Source of the DNA: Octopus vulgaris | Lineage: Eukaryota | NCBI GenBank assembly: GCA_951406725.2 | Contig: OX597815.1 | Location: forward strand, 31,124,001-31,188,000 | Length of the DNA: 64,000 nucleotides | Direction of reading: 5' to 3' | In this document: in pieces, positions 1 to 13,802 of the stretch | How positions within the stretch are numbered: position 1 is the stretch's first letter | How the letters are laid out: each line of letters starts with the position of its first letter | Program-made: the position numbers and the translations under genes | Notes under the pieces: model-generated | The model's database searches: none | The model's input: only the letters and a program-made list of their open reading frames with translations | What the model was told of the DNA's origin: nothing

Positions 1-487
<487 letters not shown>

Positions 488-863
488 GTGTAGGTATTAC
501 GTACTTTGAGGCGTCTCCCACTTTAGGGAAATGTTTTAATTACTTACGGTTCTCTCTGTGACCTATAAAAACATGCTAGACTAAAATGAATAAAAGAATC
601 TACATAATCGACTCAAACCCTCGAAGGCGGTGTCCTAGACTGATTCTAGACTGACCGCAATATCTAGTGATTGAAATGCAATATCTGGGCAATGTCTTTG
701 ATTGACGTAGCATCCCATGTCCAAACACCGGTGGCTAAGGGTCCCCGATGTCACTGTACCATGCGTATTCTCAACACATAATTCAGGTTTACGAAATCCA
801 ACAAAGAATATCACACTGATGTTGAAATTTGCCAGAATGAATTCAGCATATATACACACCTCG

Positions 864-1225
864 TTATTTTCAAATTCCATCCCTAGATTCAGAGTAATTT
901 TGTAGCAGCGTCCTCGTAATATTGCATATTTCTCTGTCTAAGGAACTTCTAAATCTCATGCTTGTTATATGGACCGTTTCTTAATGACTACCTTTCACTT
1001 GAACATTTTTCTACTCGCACATTCTTTTGTCAGTTTCACTTTTTCCGTCTCTGGCCTCTTTTGTCTATTTTCTAAGCTTTCTTTGTGACACACACGTTGC
1101 TGTGTTCTTATTAGATTAATAATCAAGGAGAAGAACGTGGTGAGCTGGCAGAATCATTAGAACGCCGTAAAGCATGTCCTGTAATACTTGTTCCGGCTTT
1201 TTATGTACTGAGTTCAATTTCCATT
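864..1225 (+). repeat. Copy 1 of an old direct duplication (copy 2 at 2319-2665); includes a decayed SINE-B head
   Basis: Colinear shared blocks: ATTCCATCCCT, TTATATGGACCGTTTC, TCACTTTTTCC-TCTCTGGC, CACACGTTGC, GTGGTGAG-TGCAGA, TACTGAGTTCAATT. Confidence 0.8.
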
Positions 1226-1437
1226 GGCGTTAACTATCCTTTTCGGAGGTACAGTGGTATTCACTTTGAGTGACCCTCTCATACAGAAACACGGGGCTTG
1301 CTGAGAACAAGACATATATAATTAGTAGACAAGGACTATCTGGTAGGAGTGCCAGATCACGTGATTTCAGCCAAGTTCGCTTCCTGAGGGACGGGTGTTG
1401 CTCATCGCATACCAGACAAATTTCACTGCCAACGATA

Positions 1438-2317
1438 TACGAAGTGTGTTAAAAAATTATATGACTTTATATTTTCCCGCCTGAATTAATGCCACGTAAG
1501 CAAACTCCCTTCCTTGGGAGGTTATGCAATTCTTTTCGTGTACACGTGAAAACTTTCGCAACTGTAGGCCGCATCAGTTCTCGGCTGTTATGCCTAGAGT
1601 ACAGACATGTACTGCGTGGTGGTCAGATTTTCGTGTTCATCCAAGAACACTGAACGTATCGAACAGAGATATTGAATCAAGTTTTGCCAAAAGCTTGCTG
1701 AAACTCAGGCTCATTTCATCCAGAAGATTCAGCATGACTTTGTCGATGATGCCTTGGTAAAAATCAGATCAAGGGGTAGCAAAACTGTTTCAAACATGGC
1801 CGCGCTTCAGTGGAGAGCGACGAATGCTCAGGGAAGCCTCCACAAACCAAAACCAGGAGCCGTTTGCGAAAGTTCGTCATGTAAGAATCCAGAATATCTC
1901 TTTCGAAGTGGGAATAAGCACAGAATCATTTCATCCCATTACAACGGAGGATTTGTGCATGCGGAAAATAAAGTTGGATAATTCAAGCTTTCCTGTCCAG
2001 AACGATACACCACTTGCTCAACAGGTTTACTACTCACCCGACTTGGCACCGTGTGACTCTTGGCTCTTCCCCAAAATGAAAACCACGCTGAAAAGGAACA
2101 GATTTGAGTCGTGTGAGGAAATTATGAGAAAAGCGACGGCGGAGCCGCATATCATTCCAGAGATGAGGTTCCAGGGGTGTTACCAGCAGTGGTAGAACCG
2201 TTGGGTGAAGTTTGTGAACTCCCAAGGGGAGTATTTTGAAGGTGATTAAACAAACTTGTAAAATGCATACATTTGTTGTTTTATTATTCCCAAAAGTCAG
2301 ACACTTTTTGAAAGTAC
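1438..2317 (+). mobile_element. Internally deleted mariner transposon with transposase pseudogene (~1660-2249)
   Basis: Frameshifted HTH N-terminus, EVGIS..TEDLCMRKI, YSPDLAPCDSWLFPKMKTTLK and terminal QGEYFEGD*. Most of the catalytic centre is deleted. Degenerate TIRs TACGAAGTGTGTTAAAAA and GTCAGACACTTTTTG. Confidence 0.9.
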
Positions 2318-2318
2318 T

Positions 2319-2665
2319 TTATTTTCGAATTCCATCCCTTGGTTCATTTGTAGCAACTTCATCAGAAAAAATGCGTTATTTCTTTTCCTTATAGACTTGT
2401 AGAATTCATACTGCTTATATGGACCGTTTCCTGTTATTTGGTGACTACTTTTCTACCCGAGCATCCTTTTATCACTGACTCACTTTTTCCCTCTCTGGCT
2501 TCTTTTTTCATCAAATCGGTTTTCTTCATTACTCACACGTTGCGCTATTCATATCAGATCATTTAAAAGATGCGAAAGTGGTGAGGTTGCAGATTCATTT
2601 GAGCGTCTGAAAAAAATGTCCTCTAATATTTGTTTCGGGTTTTTATATACTGAGTTCAATTCCCA
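2319..2665 (+). repeat. Copy 2 of an old direct duplication (copy 1 at 864-1225)
   Basis: Colinear similarity to 864-1225; continues as a decayed SINE-B body to about 2780. Confidence 0.8.
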
Positions 2666-3580
2666 ACTTTTCGTTTCGGATTCTGTAAAATAAAGAACCA
2701 GAGAAATATTAGAGCCAATTACACCAACTAAACCCGCCCCTCAAAATTGCTGGCCTTACACCTAAATGAGAAACCATTTAAAATAGACAATATATATTTA
2801 CAGAACAAATCATTGAGGTCTCAAAATCGCTTTCCATAGAGAAAACAACAATCAACTTATTTACTCTGGAATTAGAAATATATCATATTATAGAAATATA
2901 TTATAATTAGAAATATATATGTAGTGATAAACAAGCATTTCTCAGAAACTATAAGCCGCCCCAACTTTATAGAAGTGTTGTGTCCCTGTAAATATTGTCG
3001 TAATGTGAAATTCGTTAATATGAAGCGCTTTTCGCACCACTGTAAAACGAAAACCAACGTGGAGTATAAATGGCGTTACGGAATCCCACAGTACGGAAAA
3101 CTTTTCAGGAAAACAACGCTTAAGTTGTACAGAAGATGCCTGTAATATATATCATTTTCAATATTCCAACAAGAACGAGAAGCAGCTCTGTGCACGTATC
3201 GTTCTTGAAACGTGTCCTCAACGAAACAAACTTTACAGTGTTTACTGAAGTAGTAATTTGTGAGAATGAAAAATAAATATATTTATTTTTAAAAAATCCA
3301 TTTAAGTAAATTATTCAGAGATGCCAAAATACACTAGTTAAGGAGATGTTAGCATATTTAACGCCATGAACAACCAAATCTAATTAGAAAATTGTTATGC
3401 TGTAATACAGATCTTTATCAACCATTCGACTTTTTTTTTCAGTTGCATCGTATCTCATCTAAACATATCTTCATCACATAAATAGTTTCTCATCTCGTGG
3501 ATCTTTACGGTTATGTATATCACTATTCCTATTTCCTCTTTCTCTCTTTCTTGTTCTTTCTCTCTCACTTTCTCTCTCTC

Positions 3581-3619
<39 letters not shown>

Positions 3620-4059
3620 ATTACACTCTATTTATCTTTTTCTCAATTTGAAAGCAAAGAGAGAAAGCTCTCCCAAAAAGCATTCAAGTACTTTCTTCAT
3701 ATTACCCTGGGGACACCTGATTAAGAGAAACGGTAGAATTAAATTCATGTATTAAAAACTGAAAATAATATTAAAATCTGCGTACTTGCCGAATGTAGAA
3801 ATACTGTTGGCGACAAGAAAGCAATTGATATGGTTAATTTAAATAGAAACTTGCCCGATGCCCTCAGTAAAAAAACGTTCAAAGTACAATTTTACTCATA
3901 CTTTCAGCTTGCCTATTTCAGTGGTGAAATAGACATAAGTTTCTTTTTTGTTATCGTTCATGTTGTACCCTACATCAAAAGGTATAACAGCGTTAATATC
4001 CTTTTAAAATGCACAACATGCAAACATAACCGACAATATTTCTTTTCCGGCAACGTGAC

Positions 4060-4515
4060 ACTCGCGGTGCAATTCGCCCTCCTAGCATACCTAGCCCTCC
4101 ATTTAAACGGGGTTGATAGCAAATGGATCGCCTAACCATCGGAACGCTTCCCTTCCACAGGAAGCAGAAGAGTATGCGTTCCAGTTTGGTGATAGTAGGG
4201 TCGGGACAAGGCACGACGGTCAGACGGTACTCGATGACGGATGCGATGCACGCGTTCGCCACCTCCACCCGACCTTTTAGGGATAGCTTCTTCTCGGTCC
4301 ATTGTTGGGTGAGAGTGGCCACCCTAGTCGTTATTTCACCCCAGTTCTTCTCCATTTGGAGGTCCGGACCGGACCAGACTCAAAGCAATTTAACCGGTCC
4401 GTCGGTCCAGCATCCCACGATGGAAACGCTGTTGGACGGCATGGGTTTGCTTCTCCAGGTGCCGCGCCGCAAGCCCACTGACTTTTCCCAGTTAATTCTT
4501 CCCCCTTTCATCCTG
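4060..4515 (-). mobile_element. L1/Tx1-clade LINE fragment (end of RT and thumb)
   Basis: GGRINWEKS, NWGEITTRV..WTEKKLSLKGRVEVAN..LERILFCFLWKG..NGGLGM, typical of the region after the RT core in L1/Tx1 ORF2. Confidence 0.85.
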
Positions 4516-4566
4516 AGTAATTGAGCTACTTAAGATTTCCATACAATGTGTATACATATAAATGTG

Positions 4567-4838
4567 AAGGTGCGTGACCTAGTGGTTAAGTTGATGCACT
4601 CACGATCGTTAGATCATGGGTTCAATTCCTTATTTGGGAGGTGAGGTGTGTTCTTGAGCGAAACATTTCATTTCACGTTGCGCAAGTTCACCCTTCAATC
4701 AGGGACGGAATGTTGGCCTGCTCGCCTAGCAAGTGGAGTGGCGTCATTTGAAAGCTAAAACAATGCAAATGCAGATTGAGACCATCAAAGTGTAATAAAA
4801 CTTGATAGCTTGATAGTCGGTTACGTGATCACGTGATA
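4567..4838 (+). mobile_element. tRNA-derived SINE, head H1 + tail T1
   Basis: A-box-like TGACCTAGTGG and B-box-like GGTTCAATTCC; tail ending GTGATCACGTGATA is shared with 36433-36740. Confidence 0.8.
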
Positions 4839-4854
4839 TATGTATGATGTGTGC

Positions 4855-4897
<43 letters not shown>

Positions 4898-5109
4898 CGC
4901 ACACACGCACGCATCTAAACCAGCCACTCATACATATTCACACACGTGTACAAATGAAACTATATACACGTCTATATAGGCACAGGAAAAAATGCAGGAT
5001 AGAAAAGTACAGAAAAATACAGAAAAAATTATTACGTGTGAAAATATAAAAATATATGAAATAATAAAAGGTATAATGAGATAAAAAACTTTTTGGGACA
5101 TAATATAGA

Positions 5110-6070
5110 AAGCAAGTTCTATCTGTTTTCTTTTTTCGGGACCAAAAACGTAACAAAAATTGTCACATGTGGGCATGATCCGAAAAGTCTGCTTTTCCAG
5201 ATAAGCCATCTCTCCATGTCGCATAGACCGCACTTTCCGCTGCCGTTGGAGTAGGGCTTACATTTGGCCAAAATCTTCCAATGGATGTTATAATCGACAC
5301 CTTTATCTTTTAAAGACCAAATATGATTAGATAATTTTGTCGCTTTTCTTTTGTTTCAGTGCCTAAAACTCAAGGTGTGGTTATTGAACCTGGTCTTGAA
5401 ATTACCCTCTGTAAGGCCCACGTATTTCTTCGTCGAAACGGTGTCTTTAGTGGTTATAGAGTCCACGGTAGCTTTATAGATGATTGTCTCGGACATGCAA
5501 GCTCCATTTAGCGGGCACACTTTTTTATTCCTGCATGAACAGCTGTTTTCTTGTTGTGGTTTTTGTGTGTTATGTTTGATTATATTTTTAAAATTGGTAG
5601 TTGAACTAAAACTAATTTTTAAATTGTGTTTATTGAAGAGTTTCCTATAAGTATGGTTAACTGGAAAATATCTATCTATCAGTGTTAAGAAATATTTACC
5701 TATATTGAAGGTCACTTCGGTAAGGGGGTGTAAACCAGATGATCTTCCTATTTCTATTTTTCCTCTTCTTTACTGTTGGGCTAGTAACAGGTGTATATTT
5801 TATTTTTTCGCTAAAACCTTATTATAAACTGGGGCAACGCTATTAAAAATATCCTTATCGGAGGAGAGGCTAGAAATTCTCTTACTAATATTTTTAACTA
5901 AATTTTAGGATACTATAGGGGGATGGCATGAACCTACATTAATATAACTAAGTCTATCATTGGGCTTCCTATAAGGCTTATAAATATTCTTATTTAGATC
6001 TAAGGAAACGTCTAGGAAATTGACAACCGTCAGGTTAGTATCTATAGTTATACTAAGTCCGAAGTATTTC
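5110..6070 (-). mobile_element. Penelope-like retroelement fragment (RT C-terminus/thumb + GIY-YIG endonuclease), pseudogenised
   Basis: VNFLDVSLDL, YRKPND..CHPP, IIWFTPPY, CSCRNKKVCPLNGAC, IIYKA..YVGLTEGNFKTRFNNH, HIWSLKD..KCGLC; contains stops and frameshifts. Confidence 0.9.
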
Positions 6071-6196
6071 ATTTATCTTGACTATTGAGTAATTGTAACA
6101 TTATTTTATAGATAGATTTCCTCTATTTACATAATATTGAGGTCTCTTTCTTTCTTTTGTTATCTTACCGTTTTTACCAATATATATATATATATA

Positions 6197-6505
6197 CTAG
6201 CAGAAACACCGTCTTCTGGGTTAACCATTACAACCTGGGTGTATGTTACCCCTACACACATATATGAATATATATATATATATATATATACATGTTTGAA
6301 TATATATATCTAACTTCGGTGTGAGTGGATATCTCCCCTTTCAGTATATGAAAATGTGATTTCTTGCGTCTCCAAGAGTCTTTAACTTCTATTTCTAGCA
6401 ATATATTTGCTACCCGTCACCCTCACTCTCAATTAGGGAAAATAAAATTTTTCCTTTTTGGTTTTATGTTGCTATAACTGCTTTCGTTAATTTATATACA
6501 TATAT
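6197..6505 (+). mobile_element. Possible non-autonomous Helitron/Helentron-like element
   Basis: Starts ACTAGC after a (TA)n run, like 36913 and 45713; family assignment from memory only. Confidence 0.3.
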
Positions 6506-6604
6506 ATATAATTTTACATTTGTATGTGTGTGTGTGTGTGTATGTGCGTGTGTGTGTGTGTGTATTTAGAGAGAGAGAGAGTATGAAGCTCATTTGAGGA
6601 TTTG

Positions 6605-6800
6605 TTTGTGTTTAGTGCCAGCTGAACCCCAACTAATCAGACGAAGTTAAAAGATGTTTCAACCATAATATCTCATGCATCTCTACGCCATTTATATATG
6701 TAGCACTACATAATGTAATCTGTTTCTCCTTGTTCAGATCTATGTGTTGTAATTTGCGGAGTATTTTGACTGATGTTTCTAGTAGGGTAATCTACAAGTC
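6605..6800 (+). repeat. Highly decayed dispersed repeat; related copies at about 23180-23360(+), 27598-27700(-), 44020-44170(+), 45470-45640(+), 54705-54905(-)
   Basis: Shared degenerate block GTGTGATTTGAGGGAGATTTGGCTGCTATTTCTAG and an upstream TTGTTTAGCCC-like block. Confidence 0.45.
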
Positions 6801-6864
6801 TATGTTGCCTGCTTGAGAGAGGATAAGGAAGAATAAATAGGTATCACATTGTGTGTTTGTGAGT

Positions 6865-7165
6865 GCGGTTTCCACAAAAATTGTTCGCCGGGAGCTGCAC
6901 AATGCCGGATTTCATCGGAGAGCTGCAATCAGAAAACCACTACTTTTAAAAACAAACGTTGAAAAGCGTTTAGAGTGGAGTAAAACCCTACAGAATTGGT
7001 CCCTAGAGTAGTGGAAGAATGTTATTTTCTCGGACGAGTCATCAGCCGAGTATACGTGTGGAGACATCCAAAAGAAGACTGCCTTCTTCTAACTGTTAAA
7101 CATGGAGGAAAATCAGTGATGATCTGGAGGCTCTATCTTGGAAATCCACCAGCCCAATTGTTTCG
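6865..7165 (+). mobile_element. Tc1-like transposase fragment
   Basis: VSTKIVRRELHNAGF..RKPLL..KRLEWSK..WKNVIFSDES..VYVWR..TVKHGGKSVMIW. Confidence 0.9.
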
Positions 7166-7817
7166 TGGTCATATGTTACATAATGTATAACATATATATG
7201 TGAAATAATGTAAAACAATCAGAAAAACAGTGAATTTAAAATATAAAACTTAAGTGTAAAAATTTCCGTCATGCTATCGAATCCGGTCTGAATCTTTCTA
7301 GTTTTATTTAGGATATTATGTCTCAAAGTAGACATAATTCACCCTTTTTATCACTACGCACCATTTCAAGCCAACGAAATACCTTCATGTTGCAGATATC
7401 ATATACAAAAGATAATCACAATACTTACACTGTCGCAGTGTTTCTTATTGTTAGATATATTGCTTGACAATGATTATCGGATAAGAAACAAAGAATGATC
7501 ACCCTACTAGTGCCTTTTCAGCAGTAGGATTAACGAAGACTTTCTTCAAAACTTGTGCAAAGCCACGAGGATCGGTCTTAGATGCGATTTTATAACGTTC
7601 GTTTGTATAGCAATAATTAGTGTAAATACATCGCGATGACAATTCCCAACGGGGCAGAAATGTGTGTCTAGCATTCTCACTATCTGCTGCAAGGGCGATT
7701 TTCCTCGGCCTCCAATATATACTCTGCTTTTAAACATAGCATTTGCGCAAAAAATATATCTCCGAAAAATTCTGCATTAAATTTGCTTTTCGCGATGTTT
7801 TTATATTATGTACAATA

Positions 7818-7982
7818 AGCGCAGGAGTGGCTGTGTGGTAAGTAGCTTGCTAACCAACCACATGGTTCCGGGTTCAGTCCCACTGCGTGGCATCTTGGGC
7901 AAGTGTCTACTGCTATAGCCCCGGGCCAACCAATGCCTTGTGAGTAGATTTGGTAGACGGAAACTGAAAGAAGCCTGTCGTA

Positions 7983-8025
<43 letters not shown>

Positions 8026-8227
8026 TTGTGTTTGTCCCCCTAGCATTGCTTGACAACCGATGCTGGTGTGTTTACGTCCCCGTCACCTAGCGGTTCGGCA
8101 AAAGAGACCGATAGAATAAGTACTGGGCTTACAAAGAATAAGTCCCGGGGTCGATTTGCTCGACTAAAGGTGGTGCTCCAGCATGGCCGCAGTCAGATGA
8201 CTGAAACAAGTAAAAGAGTAAAGAGTA
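7818..8227 (+). mobile_element. Full-length SINE family A with internal (TA)n(TG)n tract
   Basis: tRNA-like head TGGCTGTGTGG..GGTTCAGTCCC and tail ACTGAAACAAGTAAAAGAGTA; near-identical copies at 19432(-), 25625(-) and 34724(+). Confidence 0.92.
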
Positions 8228-8989
8228 ATACACAGAATGCTATTTTAATCTAACGCTGCTTCTGTTGCATATAAAAGATTAAGATATATATAAATCTTTA
8301 TCTTGACAGATATGACACCCCTTGAAAATTTGTTTCCTATACCCATTCGACGGGATAAAACGAGGAGTGTAAATATTTTTGAAATGCCAAAATGCACATA
8401 GAAAAACAAGTGCCCAGCTTATTTAAGTTTGAACTCAAAACTAACAAAATTACGTTATTTACTCAACGAAAACGCTTCTTCGAAAGAACATTAGCCGTCG
8501 TATGTGTTATTAATCTGGAAAGGATAATTGAAAGAAGCAATAAAAACGATTAATTTTGACAAATTTAGTCCATTAGCAGAACAGAGAAAACATAAAGATT
8601 TTAGCGTTTCAGCGACAGTTTCCTTTCAATTCATTGTTTCGTCTGTTTGGTTTGACAATGAGAAGTTGTACAGCTCAATTTAATACAATGCAATCCAATT
8701 GAATTATTTGAGCGGAAAATATCGAGATAAATATTGATGCAAAATTCCGAATCATCATCACTAGCATCGTCAGACTCATTTTAATCGCTATTGTCGTTGT
8801 GGTCAACATCTGCATTAGCAGCATCGGCAGAACGATAACCATATTTATTAAAATCACACTCAATATTAACCACAACCAACACTATCACAACCCATCGCAT
8901 TCATATCATTCATAAACATTATCATTATTCATTTTCATCGTCAACGACCAATCATGAATCAAGTGCATCATGTCACTGCAAAATGTATA

Positions 8990-9091
8990 TACAGAAGTAT
9001 ATACATTCGTGCGTACACACACTATAAACATACACATTCGTGATGTATATACATATATATATACATATATATACATAAATACATACATATA

Positions 9092-9128
<37 letters not shown>

Positions 9129-9140
9129 ATATATATACAC

Positions 9141-9178
<38 letters not shown>

Positions 9179-9461
9179 GTGTGTATAACGAAGAAGGTGC
9201 TGTGGTTAAGAAGTTCAGTTCGCAACGTCGTGGTCTCGAATCCAGTCGCAATGCGTTGCAGTAACTTCTGCTATAGCTATCTGAGTGAATCTGGTATACA
9301 TGCATATATACATACATACATACATACATACATACACACGTACATACATACACACATACATACATACATACACACATACATACATACATACATACATACA
9401 CACATACATACATACATACACACATACATTCATACATACATATATACATACACACATACAC

Positions 9462-9493
<32 letters not shown>

Positions 9494-10282
9494 TCATACA
9501 TGCATACATACATACGTAAGTACGTACATACGTACATATATATCCAAATACACTCGCACATACGTACACACGCGCTCATGTGCAAACACGCGCGCGCTCA
9601 TGTGCATACACACTAAAACATATACGCACGGCTACACCAACGCACCAACGCACCAACGCACCAACACACGTGCCACCGAGTCTCTCTTTCGCACGCATGC
9701 ACACACACATACACACACATACGATACATGCATGTATTCATACTTCAACACAGACACTCGTGCACATTTATAAGCACACACACTCGTATATATAGAGAGA
9801 AACACACACAAGCACTTATACGCACACACACACACACATACACATTCCGACATGCGCACACATACTGACAAATATATACACACACGGTAACACCCACTTA
9901 TACACACTTCATCTCCCTCTGAATCACTCTTTGACTCACACTCTTATTCGCCCATCACTCACACAAACACAAAGAGACACGCACACATATACTAACACAC
10001 ACACATACACACACACACACATACACTAAGCATCTTCACACTCTTCTGTCACCCAAAACTACTTTCTCTATCTCTTTCTACTTCCGGTCATTTCAGCGAA
10101 GTAATCACACACGTGTCGGTGGCGATTTCTTTTCCTTCTTTTTTACCCTTTCTTCTTTCCGACAAAGAGCTATGTTCAAAACGTCAAACTCTCTCTTTTT
10201 ACCGATTTTAAGCTAATTCATTTCTTGTGCACGTCCTCTCGTCTGTTAATTATGTGTGTGTGTGTGCGAATGTATGCATGCA

Positions 10283-10330
<48 letters not shown>

Positions 10331-10375
10331 TGCATACATACATTCATAATGCATGTATACACACATATATGCATA

Positions 10376-10418
<43 letters not shown>

Positions 10419-10642
10419 AGGTGAGTGTGTGTGAATGTGTATCTTCATGTCTGCCTCTACAACGCTGTACAGCTCCGAAACCTACCGCTTTGTCAGCAAT
10501 ATCCAGAAGAAATGTAGCGCACATATATAAGTGTATGCGTGTATAAAGATGTGTATGCATACACACACACGCATAAATGCGTATGTCTGTGTGTACATAC
10601 ACATAAACACACTCACTCACACACACATTCACACACACACAT

Positions 10643-10721
<79 letters not shown>

Positions 10722-10860
10722 TGTGTGTGTGTGTGTGAATGTGTGTGTGAGTGAGTGTGTTTATGTGTATGTACACACAGACATATATATATATATATAT
10801 ATATATATACATGCATACGCACACAGACATACACAGAGGCATATATGGGCGCGTATGTAA
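8990..10860. repeat. Large (TACA)n/(CA)n/(TA)n/(TG)n microsatellite field; includes a SINE-A head remnant (~9195-9295) and a palindrome (10582-10785)
   Basis: Directly visible. Confidence 0.92.
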
Positions 10861-12170
10861 AACTCGATTCAAGCATGCTTGACAGACTCGACTTTTTCAT
10901 ATGAGTGGTTTGTATCGCTTAAGGACTCGACGGCATGCTAGAGACAAAATACCAAGAGTGTATAGGCTGACCTTTCTGCAGTCACCAGGGTGAAATTATA
11001 AATGTGCTTCAAGTTATATATTTTTATTTCCAACAAACACTTTGTGGACAATAATTAGATGATTAAATAAGGAAGAACCTGTCCATCTCCTGCAGATTTA
11101 ACTGATTTTCCTTATAATTTCAATAATATGATTAACATACTTTATCAACTGCTCTTAATGTTTATACTATAAATATTAACTAATACATTCTTTTTCCAAT
11201 GTACGTCAGCAAACAGTATCATAACATTTTCTGTCACAGCATATCTTTTTTAGACGTTCAGTGCCTATTGACAAAAATAATCAAAAATTATAAATGATTT
11301 CTGGATGTAGACGATTGCATTTTTGCCTTTATAAGTTTTACTTTACTAATGTTTTGTTCTCACTGCTACTTATAAGTATAATTCTCAATGTAACTTTGTT
11401 ACTGGGAGAATCTTTGAATTTCCAGGAAATCATTCTTTGTGAACAATCTATACGAATCAAGAGATTGATATCACTATTTTCGTAACTAATCCTTCAAACT
11501 TTGACATGCAAATCAGTTTAGTTTATTTGGCAAAACTGTTGTGCTATTAAAAGAAAACCCGCATGTGTTATTGAAGCTTTATAACTGTTTAAATCTCTTA
11601 GATAAAGAATTAATAACTGTCAAGTATTACATTAAAGACAATTATTTTTTCCTTAACTTCTTTATAACTCTTAGTCAATACTTCCAAATAGTTTTCAGAG
11701 AAAGGAATTTGCTAATCCCATATTGTTGATGCGATTTTTAATAGCTTTTCATACTATAATCTTTTTGCCAAGGTCAGCTTTCACAATTCAACAGATGCAA
11801 TGCTCTTACGTAATTAAGGACCAAACTGTTTATTAACAAACTGTTTATTATCGCTGATACGATACACAACAGAGCACTCTATATCTAATCATACCTGATT
11901 ATTGAAAAACTGCTATATAAATGCTTAAACTTTATTTTAAAAAATGAATAATAAAATAATTATTTTATAATCATATGGTTATAATGATATGATTGCAGAG
12001 CTAGTGATGATAATCATAGGATCCACAATCGTAAGAAAACAGAAAGACAAAGATGTCGAAATAAGAATGTCCTCACCTTCCACTGCTAAAGTTATATCCT
12101 GTTTGTTTACTGGAAACATACTGGTATATGTGTGTGTGAGCGTGTATGTGCGTGCATTCGTGCGTGTATA

Positions 12171-12221
<51 letters not shown>

Positions 12222-13569
12222 ATATGCAGGGAGAGACAGAGTAAATGATATGATCGTGGTGTGGTGGATAATAGGTTTTGCGTAGTTTCCTTTACATTTT
12301 GTAATCCATTTGCTATATTATCATAAATTGTTTGCTGTATGTATTTCTAATTTATAGTTTCTCAAATGAGACGGCATATCTTTTAATACGACCGGGTCGA
12401 TTTGATTTCCGATCGTTATTTAGTATTTTATTCTTAGTAATTTACATAATACCGAACTGGATCCAAACTTGGAACCTTTCTCTCAAAACTAAGTTAATGT
12501 TTTTTTTTAACCCACCATATCTCTGTCACCTGTACAATGCGATCGGATATCATATCAATCAAAACGTAGCGTATATCGAAATGTTTTACAATGTTTCATC
12601 GCTAAAGAAGGGGTTAATAGTCCAAAAAGTATAACCTTATTAACAACAACTTGTCTCAGACATTTAATCAAGACATTTAAATGTTATAAGGACCTCCTTT
12701 CTTATTATGGTCGTTTTTGAAGTGCACTTTGCTCTGTGTTAGAAATTACTTTTAATCGGCAAACTTCAAAGGTTTACACGTACTTTGAATTTCGTTATTT
12801 ACCACGAACATAAAATATAAGTTAATGATAAAATGGAAATGTATACCTTTGAGTCGACCCCTTATACGAAATAATTTATTTTACAGCGATAACATTTAAA
12901 GAGATAAGACAATATTTCTTAAGCTATAGGGGAAGCAAGCCATGCTAAGTGATCGTTTACAAATTAACTATGTAGACTCTAAGCACGACACGATTGTCTA
13001 GTTAGAAAACAATGGGATTTATTCTTGCATCTATCTCTTGTCTGACAATGAAATACTCCTTCACCCCGTGACCTTTATCGCTTCATATATTTCATTTCTT
13101 AATTCATTTTTTTTGTTTTGTATTTTTATCGATGTTCATGTTGTGTTATAATTTTGTCGGATTATTTAATACATAAAACAATACTGTTGTACTTACTTCG
13201 CTGTTATTTAAGAAACAGATTATAATTATCCGACAAGTGAACGCCTATGCTTATTCTTTACTACTTTTAACACGATTATTTTGTGGGTAGAACAAACGCT
13301 ACCCTGACAAGCTGTCCTTGAACTCAAGGGTTAAACACACCCTTTATTAAAATACTCCATATCTCCACAGCATCATTTCTGCTCTGGTGCAGAACACCTC
13401 AACACCACTTCTACACTATTACCTCCACATAACTGTTAAAATAAGATTGCACACATAACCTCGCCTGGATGACTTTACAGTACCACGAAACCAAAGCCAT
13501 CGTTCACTCACACAATCATTCTCACAACACAATCATTCTCACAACACAATCAGTCTTCTGTTCACTTTT

Positions 13570-13572
13570 TCT

Positions 13573-13643
<71 letters not shown>

Positions 13644-13679
13644 CTGTCTCACACTCTTTCTCTTTCTTTCTCTCTCTCT

Positions 13680-13725
<46 letters not shown>

Positions 13726-13762
13726 CAGTATTGTTTCATGATATTCTTTCCACATTTCCCCC

Positions 13763-13800
<38 letters not shown>
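13570..13800. repeat. (TTTC)n/(TC)n polypyrimidine microsatellite
   Basis: Directly visible. Confidence 0.95.

Positions 13801-13802
<2 letters not shown>

Noticed and set aside
5356-5358. In-frame TGA in the Penelope ORF as a possible selenocysteine (reported for some Naiad PLEs)
   Set aside because: It is not at a conserved Cys position and the linker cysteines use TGY. CGA-to-TGA decay in an already disrupted copy is the simpler explanation.
7498-7800. CpG-containing segment with short open frames on the minus strand
   Set aside because: No recognisable motif, start codon or splice structure.
10155-10195. CCGACAAAGAGCTATGTTCAAAACGTC as a decayed hammerhead
   Set aside because: It needs at least three core substitutions to fit CUGANGA..GAAA, which cannot be supported without a family consensus.
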